Assembly: GCA_965198225.1 (NCBI GenBank)
Contig: CBDAOY010000008.1
Span: 448,001-512,000 of the forward strand
Length of the DNA: 64,000 bases
Direction: 5' to 3'
Source of the DNA: Terriglobia bacterium
Lineage (GTDB): Bacteria > Acidobacteriota > Terriglobia > 20CM-2-55-15
The translations under genes and the position numbers were made by a program. The notes below the pieces were generated by a model. That model had not been told where the DNA came from. It worked only from the letters and a program-made list of their open reading frames with translations, and ran no database searches. Positions 1 through 9,130 of this stretch are shown in pieces; position 1 is the first letter of the stretch; the number at the start of each line of letters is the position of its first letter.

Positions 1-2
1 CT

Positions 3-1205
<1,203 letters not shown>

Positions 1206-1211
1206 TGTTCC

Positions 1212-1859
1212 ATGCACCGACCGTTTTCGATCCTGGACGACCTGGTCAAGCAGGGCCGAATCCGGTTGTCGAAACCGGTGGAGCGCAAGCCTGAGCAGCG
1301 TGTGCCGGCCAAGCTCATCAGCCGTGCCTCAGCACTATCGGAGGGGGAGCTCTTCGAGCAGGCGATGGAAGACGTCCGTCCGCTTGGGGACAGCAACGCG
1401 TCGCCGCCGGTGCGAGGGCCGGTTGAAATCCGCGCCAGCGACGACGAAGCCGAAGCGTTGAAGGTTCTCGAAGAGTTTTGCCGGGGCGGGCGGGTCGACG
1501 TCGAATTCAGCCGCGAGTATGTCGAACACTGGTCGGATCCGGCCGGTCGCCTCTACCTCGAAGGCTTGCGCAACGGGCGTTTCGCGATCCAGGCCCACCT
1601 CGACCTGCATGGCCTCACACTCGAGCGCGCTCGCGATGCAGTCGACCTTTTTGTCGAGGCGTCCCTCAAGGCAGGTTATTCCTGCGTGCGCATCGTCCAC
1701 GGAAGAGGTCTTCATTCTCCCCAGAAACATTCCCCCCTGAAGGAAAACGTCCAGAGATGGCTGCGGACTCGGCGCCTCGGTCGCCATATCATCGCGTACA
1801 CGTCGGCGAGGGTCGTGGATGGAGGTGGAGGTGCCGTGTACGTGCTGCTGCGATCGTAG
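1212..1859 (+). CDS. Smr/MutS2 family endonuclease (SmrA/SmrB-like)
   Basis: N-terminal FEQAMEDVRPL; Smr motifs LDLHG, IVHGRG and GGGGAVYVLL. Confidence 0.9.
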   Translation: MHRPFSILDDLVKQGRIRLSKPVERKPEQRVPAKLISRASALSEGELFEQAMEDVRPLGDSNASPPVRGPVEIRASDDEAEALKVLEEFCRGGRVDVEFSREYVEHWSDPAGRLYLEGLRNGRFAIQAHLDLHGLTLERARDAVDLFVEASLKAGYSCVRIVHGRGLHSPQKHSPLKENVQRWLRTRRLGRHIIAYTSARVVDGGGGAVYVLLRS

Positions 1860-1864
1860 CTGTT

Positions 1865-1945
1865 GTCGGCGGTTGGTGATCGGCAATCAGCGGCGAGCGA
1901 TGGAAGGCGGAAGCCTAACAGGAATCGCTGATAGCTGAAGGCTGA
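1865..1945. repeat. Degenerate inverted-arm heptamer array between convergent smr and lexA
   Basis: Left arm tgtcggc-ggttggt-gatcggc-aatcagc; right arm gctgata-gctgaag-gctga, loosely complementary. Confidence 0.45.
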
Positions 1946-1953
1946 GACAAGGG

Positions 1954-2556
1954 CTACACCCGAAAGACGCCGACAACCTTGCCGACCAGGCCGATCGACC
2001 TGAGATCCGATCTGTCGACCTCGATGGGCTCGTATGCCGGGTTCTCCGCTCTGAGTTCGACTCGGTTCGCTTTCTTGTAGAAACGTTTCACGGTCGCCTC
2101 GTCCTCGATCAGCGCGACCACGATCTCTCCATTTGCCGCGGTCTTCTGAGGGCGAACCAGAACGTAATCGCCATCGAGGATGTGAGCGTCCTCCATGCTG
2201 TCGCCCTGAACCTTTAGAAGAAACGACCCGGAGGGAGCCCAACCGTCCGGCAGGCGGACGACGTCTTCGACATTTTCTTCCGCGAGGATGGGCGAACCCG
2301 CTGCGACCCTCCCGATCACCGGAACCTCCGTCGGCGTCAGGTGGTCGGGATCCTGCTTCGTCACCGACAGGGAGCGTGAACGGTTCGGTGTCTTATCAAG
2401 GTAGCCTTTTCTCTCCACCGCCTTGAGATGGTCGTGGACGGTAGCAGGAGACAATCCGAACTCCCCGCCGATATCCCGGACCGACGGCGGGTAGCCGCTT
2501 TCCCGAGTGTAGGAGCGGATGAACTCGAGCACCTGTTCCTGGCGCTTGGTCAGCAT
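1954..2556 (-). CDS. lexA: SOS transcriptional repressor LexA
   Basis: wHTH (LTKRQ...GYPPSVRDIG...SPATVHDHL...ERKGY), cleavage site VAAG, catalytic Ser (GDSM) and Lys (TVKRF). Confidence 0.97.
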   Translation of the reverse strand: MLTKRQEQVLEFIRSYTRESGYPPSVRDIGGEFGLSPATVHDHLKAVERKGYLDKTPNRSRSLSVTKQDPDHLTPTEVPVIGRVAAGSPILAEENVEDVVRLPDGWAPSGSFLLKVQGDSMEDAHILDGDYVLVRPQKTAANGEIVVALIEDEATVKRFYKKANRVELRAENPAYEPIEVDRSDLRSIGLVGKVVGVFRV

Positions 2557-2579
2557 AGGCGAACATATGTTCGCCTATG
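2554..2579. promoter_or_regulatory. LexA autoregulatory operator (Cheo-type SOS box) within a perfect 26-bp palindrome
   Basis: CATAGGCGAACATATGTTCGCCTATG is its own reverse complement; the core CGAACATATGTTCG fits the CGAACRNRYGTTCG consensus; the palindrome includes the lexA ATG. Confidence 0.88.
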
Positions 2580-2627
2580 TGCAGTCTTGAAGTCAAGCGC
2601 TTGAGCGATCTTGTTCGCAGTCCGGAA

Positions 2628-2854
2628 GAAGTTGTCCGTAGGCCGTTGTCCGTTGTTGTGGCACATTCGAGCAAACCCGGGGGAAGTTGTCCGCAGGCCG
2701 TTATCCGTTATGTGGCACATCGAGCGGACCCACAATTGATGACTCACGTGACAAGTGACAACTCGGAAGGCGCGGAATGTGCCGCCTAACGGCCTACGGA
2801 CAACGGCCTACGTTTCATTGTGCCGCCCAACGCCTAACGGCCTACGGCCTACGT
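2628..2854. repeat. Compound heptamer array: two direct ~45-bp units followed by two inverted units
   Basis: gttgtcc-gtaggcc-gttgtcc...tgtggcacat at 2628-2672 and 2683-2725; tgtgccgc...acggcct-acggaca-acggcctac at 2777-2814 and 2818-2854; central gtgacaa x2. Confidence 0.85.
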
Positions 2855-3130
2855 TCCCCTCCCCCTCCGACCCCCACTCTGCTGCTCTTCATACAGATAC
2901 TTGACTCGGTCCTTGTAGATAAACAGGTTGGAAGCCCCTTGACGGGTCAGGCGGATGATGTCGCTGTCGTAGTATTCGATCCATCCCCGGACTTCTTCGC
3001 CGTCGATGAGCTTCACGACCACCGGGATGCGGTTCTTCGACAGCCAGTCGATGTACTCGGCTTCGCGGTAGGTGTTTTCAACGGCCGTCTGCCGACCCCG
3101 CCGTCCACCTGTTTGATCCGAGCGACTCAT
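2849..3130 (-). CDS. Hfq-like (Sm-fold) RNA chaperone
   Basis: 93 aa; Sm1-like PVVVKLIDGEEVRGWIEYYD and Sm2-like LFIYKDRVKY; RG-rich tails; start chosen at internal ATG 3130. Confidence 0.72.
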   Translation of the reverse strand: MSRSDQTGGRRGRQTAVENTYREAEYIDWLSKNRIPVVVKLIDGEEVRGWIEYYDSDIIRLTRQGASNLFIYKDRVKYLYEEQQSGGRRGRGT

Positions 3131-3203
3131 TTCACTCTCTGGGCCGAGAGTATACATGGGCGGGCTAGGTGGCGGCCAGTGGGCGAATGTTAAGATGATC
3201 GAC

Positions 3204-3845
3204 GTGAGTATCGAGGCCATACTGTTCGACCTCGGGCGCGTGATCATCGATCTCGACATGAATCCCACGATCGAGACCTTGACCGGCAACTCACCCCTCG
3301 AGCGTGAGAAATTCGAGGCAGTCCTCTGGGACACCGGTTGGATCCGGCGTTATGAGCGGGGCGAGGTTTCCACGCGCGAGTTCTACGATTTCCTGCAGCG
3401 CGACGCCGGCCTTGAGATGGATTACGAGGACTTCTACCCGTGCTGGGCGGAGGTTTTCGAACCCAAGTTGATCGTGTCGGTGGACCTCCTCGCTGAACTG
3501 AGCCGAAGATACCCGATGGGGTTGGTCTCGAACACCAATGAGGCGCACGCCGAGCATGTCCGTGTTCACTACAGCGTGTTCGAGCACTTCGACCATCACA
3601 TCCTGTCCTACCAGGTCGGTTCGCTCAAACCGGACCGCAAGATCTTCGAATGCGCCATCGAGGCGATGGGGAAGGCACCCGACCGACTCCTGTTCATCGA
3701 CGACCGGGAAGAGAATGTGGCGGCAGGCCGTCAGCTGGGAATGCGGACCCACCGGTTCGAGTCACTTGCCGGTCTGGTGCGGGCTTTCCGGGAAATCGGG
3801 ATCGATGTCGGGGATCTCATCCATCTCGAATCGGACATCGACTGA
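3204..3845 (+). CDS. HAD family phosphatase (YihX-like)
   Basis: Motif I ILFDLGRV, motif II LVSNT, KPD, FIDDREENV; GTG start at 3204 lies 7 nt after TGtTAAGAT (alternative ATG at 3195). Confidence 0.9.
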   Translation: MSIEAILFDLGRVIIDLDMNPTIETLTGNSPLEREKFEAVLWDTGWIRRYERGEVSTREFYDFLQRDAGLEMDYEDFYPCWAEVFEPKLIVSVDLLAELSRRYPMGLVSNTNEAHAEHVRVHYSVFEHFDHHILSYQVGSLKPDRKIFECAIEAMGKAPDRLLFIDDREENVAAGRQLGMRTHRFESLAGLVRAFREIGIDVGDLIHLESDID

Positions 3846-4307
3846 TCCGGCTTCTTTCATGAACAAACCGTTCACCGCCGCGAGCTTGGTGTTGAGAGTG
3901 TCGACCTCGAGCACTCCGTCCGGCGCGAACTCGAAGTCCGGAAGCAGTTCCGTGAAGTTCAGTTCGCACCAGCTCACGCCGCGCTGCCCGTCGTCGGCCG
4001 ACGTGGCGGCTGGCAGCCCGTATGTCCGGCAGATGATCGGTCGGTCGGCGTAGATCGAACACGCGTGATCGACGAGGAAAGGACAGTGTGCAGCGGGTTC
4101 GCGTATCAGGTGCTGCGTGCGGGCCGGCAACTGCCGGTAGGCGCGAGCGATCCAGTACGCCTCTACGGAGAAGACAGAGAAACGGCGCTGACAGCACATG
4201 TCGCATCCCTTCCGGCACACAACATGGCGGCCGTACCGGTCGTTGGTCTTCCGAACCCAGGCGTCGACCTGTGCGATGAGCTGGCGATAGTATCGGAACG
4301 GAGACAT
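3762..4307 (-). CDS. YkgJ family CxxxCxxCC cysteine-cluster (Fe-S/Zn) protein
   Basis: CRKGCDMCC, CPFL...CSIYADRPIICRTYGLP; ATG 4307 is preceded by TATGCT-N6. Confidence 0.88.
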   Translation of the reverse strand: MSPFRYYRQLIAQVDAWVRKTNDRYGRHVVCRKGCDMCCQRRFSVFSVEAYWIARAYRQLPARTQHLIREPAAHCPFLVDHACSIYADRPIICRTYGLPAATSADDGQRGVSWCELNFTELLPDFEFAPDGVLEVDTLNTKLAAVNGLFMKEAGSVDVRFEMDEIPDIDPDFPESPHQTGK

Positions 4308-4342
4308 CGGTAAAGCATACCCACCAGGGGTGTGTAAACTCC

Positions 4343-4410
4343 AGATTTGAGATTGGAGATTCGAGATTTCAGATTGGGCTGTTTTCCCCATTCAATTTCC
4401 AATCTCCAAT
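4343..4410. repeat. Inverted-arm heptamer array (AGATTNN)n ... (CAATYTC)n
   Basis: agatttg-agattgg-agattcg-agatttc-agattg, then caatttc-caatctc-caat, between divergent genes. Confidence 0.8.
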
Positions 4411-4417
4411 AGATTTA

Positions 4418-4972
4418 ATGCCCCAGTCCTTTGTGAGGTCATCCGCGCTCGGCTACGCGCTGCTCTTCGCCGTTTCTCTGGGCCTGGCCGCCTGGGAAGG
4501 TCGACTCGCCGACATCTTCCGGTTTCCCGGCTGGTCTCGGACTGGGGCCAATGTTCTCATCGGGCTGCTTCTGGCGACGGGGGTGCTGTCGGCGGGTGCT
4601 GCGATGCGCGGTACCTTTCGGTGGGCGGAACAGATCGAGCGGGAATTCCGGCTGTTGCTGGCACCACTCCGCTTCGACGGCGTCGTCATCCTGGCCGTTG
4701 CAAGTGGTATCGCCGAGGAGACTTTCTTTCGCGCCATCATGCAGCCAGCGTTCGGCCTCTGGGTCACGAGCCTTACGTTCGGTCTGCTTCACTATCCGAT
4801 GAACCGCCGCCTTATTCCCTGGACGATCATCGCCATCGCGATGGGTTTTCTTTTCGGAGTCGTCTACCGGGAGACAGGCAGTCTCCTGGCCGTCGCCCTG
4901 GCTCACGGCCTGATCAACTTCTTCGAACTGCTCGACATCTCCCGCGGGCCCGACCCGCACGTGACCTTCTGA
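4418..4972 (+). CDS. CPBP (Abi/CAAX) family intramembrane metalloprotease
   Basis: EETFFR, FGLLH and HGLIN motifs; several TM helices. Confidence 0.92.
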   Translation: MPQSFVRSSALGYALLFAVSLGLAAWEGRLADIFRFPGWSRTGANVLIGLLLATGVLSAGAAMRGTFRWAEQIEREFRLLLAPLRFDGVVILAVASGIAEETFFRAIMQPAFGLWVTSLTFGLLHYPMNRRLIPWTIIAIAMGFLFGVVYRETGSLLAVALAHGLINFFELLDISRGPDPHVTF

Positions 4973-5116
4973 TGAGCTGGACCAGTTCCGCAACGCCGTC
5001 CTGTTAAAATTTGTAAAAATCAAGCTCCGGAAGGGTTTCCACGTCTAAGTGGGAGTATTCAAGCCTTTTGTTGGCAAGGCATTCCAAGTAAAATGTGGCG
5101 GAATCCAGGTACAGCT

Positions 5117-5884
5117 ATGAAACGAGTGATTTTGGCCGTTTTTCTAGTGCTGGCGCTCCTTCCGGAGGTGACGCCGGTTGCGGAGACCGCACCCGACGAG
5201 GCTGGCGCGGACGGCTCGGAGTTCGTGTTCGCCCGCCTGGTCTATGGCTCGGGTTTTCGCGGCTGGGGTCGCCGCGGTCGCGGGTCCTGGGCGACGGATT
5301 GGCCCAAGGCGGACAAGCAGTTCATCTTCGGAGTCGACCGGCTGAGCAATGTCCGCGTCGTCCTGGACGAGGATGTCGCCATCCAGATCATGGACCCGAA
5401 GCTTTTCAGCTATCCCTTTGTGTACGCCGTCGAGGTGGGACACATGGAACTGAGCCAGCCCGAAGCCGATCAACTCCGGGAGTATATGGACCGTGGAGGT
5501 TTCCTGGTTGTGGACGACTTCTGGGGAACGTACGAGTGGCAGAATTTTTCGTACAACATGAAGATGATCTTCCCCGACAAGGAAGCCGAGCAGATCCCCA
5601 TGTCGCACCCGATCTTTCATGCGTTCTATGACATCGATGAGATCCTGCAGATTCCCAATATCAACAATGGCTGTGGGGGCTACCGCACGCATGAAGGCGA
5701 CGGGTACGTCCCGTATGCTCTGGCGGTTTTCGATGACAAGCGGCGACCGATGATGGTGATCAACTACAACACTGATCTCGGAGATGCCTGGGAATGGGCG
5801 GATCAGCCGTGCTACCCCAACGAGTTTTCGGGGATGGCCTACCGGATGGGCATCAACTTCATCGTCTATTCGATGACGCATTGA
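5117..5884 (+). CDS. Exported DUF4159 domain protein
   Basis: Signal peptide MKRVILAVFLVLALL; FVFARL, WATDWPKAD, LREY...GGFLVVDDF, NTDLGDAWE, AYRMGINF pattern. Confidence 0.82.
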   Translation: MKRVILAVFLVLALLPEVTPVAETAPDEAGADGSEFVFARLVYGSGFRGWGRRGRGSWATDWPKADKQFIFGVDRLSNVRVVLDEDVAIQIMDPKLFSYPFVYAVEVGHMELSQPEADQLREYMDRGGFLVVDDFWGTYEWQNFSYNMKMIFPDKEAEQIPMSHPIFHAFYDIDEILQIPNINNGCGGYRTHEGDGYVPYALAVFDDKRRPMMVINYNTDLGDAWEWADQPCYPNEFSGMAYRMGINFIVYSMTH

Positions 5885-5942
5885 GCGCGCTGGCCGTCAC
5901 CGTTCCCGATCATGTGGCTGGAATCCTTTTGAGACAAAACCG

Positions 5943-8195
5943 ATGACCTGGTTTGAGACGTTCTTCAAGCATAAACCGATCGTTTACGAGAAAGGGACGC
6001 TGGGTTTCCAGTTTTTGGACAGCCGGTTCCTGTTCGTCATCTTCGTGATCGGCGCTGCCGTCGGTGCTGTTTTCCTCTACCGCGCGATTCAGGGTGCCCG
6101 TTTGTCCTGGGGAATGGTGACGTTGAGAGCGGCGACGCTCACGATCCTGGCGTTCATCCTCATGCGTCCTGTCATGAACATTTCGACGGTACTGCCGCAG
6201 GAAAGCTACATCGCTGTCGTCGTCGACAACTCAGAAAGCATGTTGATTCGGGACGACGGCCTCGACACACGGGCGGACCTGCTGATGCGTGAGCTGGAGT
6301 CCACGGAGTTTTTCCGAAGGCTGTCGGAGAAGTTCCGGGTGCGTGTCTACCGTTTCGATCGGGAGGCTGAACGGATCGATGACCTGGATCGCATGAATTT
6401 CTCGGGTACTCGGACACGGATGGAAAGCGCGATGGACATGCTCTACCAGGAGCTGGGCACCGTCCCCCTGTCTGGAATCGTCCTGGTCACCGACGGAGTC
6501 GACAACGCCTCGGAAGAATGGACTGAGTCGGTGTCCCGCATTCAGTCTCGCGGTATCCCGATCTATACGGTCGGGGTGGGAGCCGATGCGATCGAGCGAG
6601 ATGTGGAGCTTATCCGGACGACCGCTCCGAGGGTGACGTTGAACGATTCAACGGCGGTGGCCGAAGTCTCCTTCCGGAGTCACGGCCTGTCCGGTCGGAA
6701 GGCCACTCTGCACATCCGTGAGAACGGCATCCTGCTCAAGTCCGAAGAAGTCACTCTTCCGAGGGACGGAGAGATCGGGGAGGCATCGATCGATCTGCCT
6801 ATGAAGAACGAGGGTTCCCGCGTCTTTTCTTTCTCGATCGAGGCTCCCGACGACCGCATTTCCGAGAACAACCAGCTTGCGAGTCTGATCGAGGTCAAGA
6901 ACGACCACCCGGAGATCCTTTACGCGGAGGGCGAGCCCCGCTGGGAGTACCGCTACATCCGCCGGGCCGTCGAGGACGATCCCAACGTGCAACTGGTCAC
7001 CCTGCTGCGCACCTCGCCGAACAAGTTCTACCGCCAGGGCATCGACAAGGAGGAGACGCTGGCCGAGGGGTTTCCCACGACAAGGGAGGAGCTGTTCCGG
7101 TACAAGGGGCTGATCGTTGGCAGCATCGAATCCACATTCTTCACGCAGGATCAGCTCGAGATGATCGTCGACTTCGTCAGCGAGCGCGGCGGCGGGTTCC
7201 TGATGATCGGAGGCCGGAATTCTTTCAGCGAAGGGCGATACCAGAACACTCCGATTGCCGATATCCTTCCGGTCCGGCTGCCGGACAGTGGTTCGACTTT
7301 CGTCGTCGAAAACCTCAAGTTGGAAGTGTCCGACTATGGACGCACGCATCCCCTGATGAAGCTGACCCCCGCCGAAGATGAAAGCGTCGGACAGTGGGAG
7401 GACCTGCCACCCCTCACTGAGTTCAACCGGGTGAGCGAGGCCAAGGTCGGTGCGATCGTCCTGGCCAACGGTCAGATCGAGACCGGTCGCGACCGGCCCG
7501 TACTGCTGGCTTACCAGCGCTACGGTCGCGGTCGGACGATGGCATTCACGACTTCCAGCAGCTGGCGCTGGCAGATGGAGATGGACCACGAGGACATGAC
7601 CCACGAGTTGTTCTGGCGCCAGATTCTGAGATGGCTCGTCAGCTCTTCCCCCGATCCGGTGATGGCCAGCGCCGAGCGAGACAGCTATGTGCCGGGCGAA
7701 GGCGTCCGGCTCTTTGCTGACATTTCCGACGACAGCTTCGAGCGGATGAACAATGCCGACGTCGTTGGAAGGGTCATCGACCCGGACGGGAACACGCAGG
7801 CCGTGTCTTTTGAATGGACCGGGTTGCAGGACGGCACCTACCAGGCTGAACTCTCGGGCAGCGTGCCGGGAATCTATACCCTCGAAGTGGAGGCCAGTTA
7901 CGCGGACCGTCAGATCGGCAGCTACGAGAGCACTTTCCAGGTGCGGGATCGTCCCGTCGAGTTCTACGACGCCGCCCTGGACAGTCGATTCCTCCGCTCG
8001 CTCGCCGAACAGTCGAACGGGCGCTATTACCCTCTGTCGAGTGTAGGTAGTCTTCCCGACGATGCTGTCTACGTCGAGGGCGAGTCGTCGATCATCGAGC
8101 AGAGGGAATTGTGGGACGTGCCCATACTCTTCATGCTGTTGAGTCTGACACTGGCCGGCGAGTGGTTCTGGCGGAAGACAAGAGGACTGGCATGA
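5943..8195 (+). CDS. Membrane-anchored vWA + GATase1-like domain protein
   Basis: N- and C-terminal TM helices; MIDAS DNSES plus LVTDG; EGEPRWEYRY, GGGFLMIGG, YGRGRT; ends EWFWRKTRGLA. Confidence 0.8.
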   Translation: MTWFETFFKHKPIVYEKGTLGFQFLDSRFLFVIFVIGAAVGAVFLYRAIQGARLSWGMVTLRAATLTILAFILMRPVMNISTVLPQESYIAVVVDNSESMLIRDDGLDTRADLLMRELESTEFFRRLSEKFRVRVYRFDREAERIDDLDRMNFSGTRTRMESAMDMLYQELGTVPLSGIVLVTDGVDNASEEWTESVSRIQSRGIPIYTVGVGADAIERDVELIRTTAPRVTLNDSTAVAEVSFRSHGLSGRKATLHIRENGILLKSEEVTLPRDGEIGEASIDLPMKNEGSRVFSFSIEAPDDRISENNQLASLIEVKNDHPEILYAEGEPRWEYRYIRRAVEDDPNVQLVTLLRTSPNKFYRQGIDKEETLAEGFPTTREELFRYKGLIVGSIESTFFTQDQLEMIVDFVSERGGGFLMIGGRNSFSEGRYQNTPIADILPVRLPDSGSTFVVENLKLEVSDYGRTHPLMKLTPAEDESVGQWEDLPPLTEFNRVSEAKVGAIVLANGQIETGRDRPVLLAYQRYGRGRTMAFTTSSSWRWQMEMDHEDMTHELFWRQILRWLVSSSPDPVMASAERDSYVPGEGVRLFADISDDSFERMNNADVVGRVIDPDGNTQAVSFEWTGLQDGTYQAELSGSVPGIYTLEVEASYADRQIGSYESTFQVRDRPVEFYDAALDSRFLRSLAEQSNGRYYPLSSVGSLPDDAVYVEGESSIIEQRELWDVPILFMLLSLTLAGEWFWRKTRGLA

Positions 8196-9130
8196 AGGTG
8201 TTCCTGGGTTTGCTCCTCGCGATTTCGACGCCCGCTGCGGCCGTTTCGGATTCGGCGGTTCTCATCCTGAACGGGGTCCCCGGCAGCCCGGATCACGCCG
8301 AGCGTTTCATGAAGTGGACTGAAGCCACACACACCGCCATGATCGAGACCTTTCGTTTCGCCGAGGATGATGTCGTGGTTCTGTCGAACCGGGAGGCGCG
8401 GGCGGACGACGTTCGGAGCGCGTTAGCGGGCCTTGCCGGGCGTGTCGGTACGGCCGATGTGCTTTTCGTGTTCTTCATCGGCCATGGAAGCTTCGATGGA
8501 ACCGAGTACAAGTTCAACATCCTGGGACCCGACCTCACGGCATCCGATTATGACGCGTTGTTCTCATCCGTCGGAGCGGGTCGCACCGTCATCGTGAATG
8601 CAACCAATTCCAGCGGTGGGGCGATCGAGAAGCTGGCCGCCGAGAACCGGGTGATCGTCACCGCGACCCGATCGGGTACCGAACGCAACGACGCCGTCTT
8701 CTACGACCACTTCCTGGAGGCTCTAGCCGATAGTGCCAGCGATGAGGACAAGAACGAAAGGTTGTCGATCTGGGAAGCCTTCCGGTATGCGACGCTGTCG
8801 GTCGAGCGTTACTATTCCGAGGAGAACCGGTTGGCTACCGAACATCCCCAGATTTCCGACAACGGTCGGGAGAAGACCGGCGCCGCCCCCGAGGAGATGC
8901 CCGTTCTGGCGCGGCTGATCCACTTCAATGCCGTCCCCGAAATCGAAACATCCGACCCCGTCCTGCGGAGCCTGCTCGAAGAGAGAAGAAAGTTGGAAGA
9001 GCAGATCGAGAGCCTGAGGCTGATCAAGGACGCGATGCCGGCCGCCGACTACGACCAGCAGATGGAGGCGTTGCTCATCGAGCTGGCGTTGAAGAACCGG
9101 GAGATCCGAGGCCGGGAGCCGGGGCAGTGA
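8192..9130 (+). CDS. Exported caspase/C13-C14-like fold protein, probably lacking the catalytic Cys
   Basis: Signal peptide; FVFFIGHGS (His-Gly motif); NATNSSGG at the usual DAC-x-SG position; C-terminal coiled coil; ATGA overlap with the upstream gene. Confidence 0.6.
   Translation: MKVFLGLLLAISTPAAAVSDSAVLILNGVPGSPDHAERFMKWTEATHTAMIETFRFAEDDVVVLSNREARADDVRSALAGLAGRVGTADVLFVFFIGHGSFDGTEYKFNILGPDLTASDYDALFSSVGAGRTVIVNATNSSGGAIEKLAAENRVIVTATRSGTERNDAVFYDHFLEALADSASDEDKNERLSIWEAFRYATLSVERYYSEENRLATEHPQISDNGREKTGAAPEEMPVLARLIHFNAVPEIETSDPVLRSLLEERRKLEEQIESLRLIKDAMPAADYDQQMEALLIELALKNREIRGREPGQ

Noticed and set aside
2628-2854. CRISPR array interpretation of the repeated ~45-bp units
   Set aside because: Units are degenerate, made of heptamers and change orientation; spacers are irregular; no cas genes in the window.
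3762-3845. 84-bp convergent overlap between the HAD and YkgJ genes as a regulatory device
   Set aside because: Only the tails beyond the recognisable motifs overlap; stop-codon drift is the simpler explanation.
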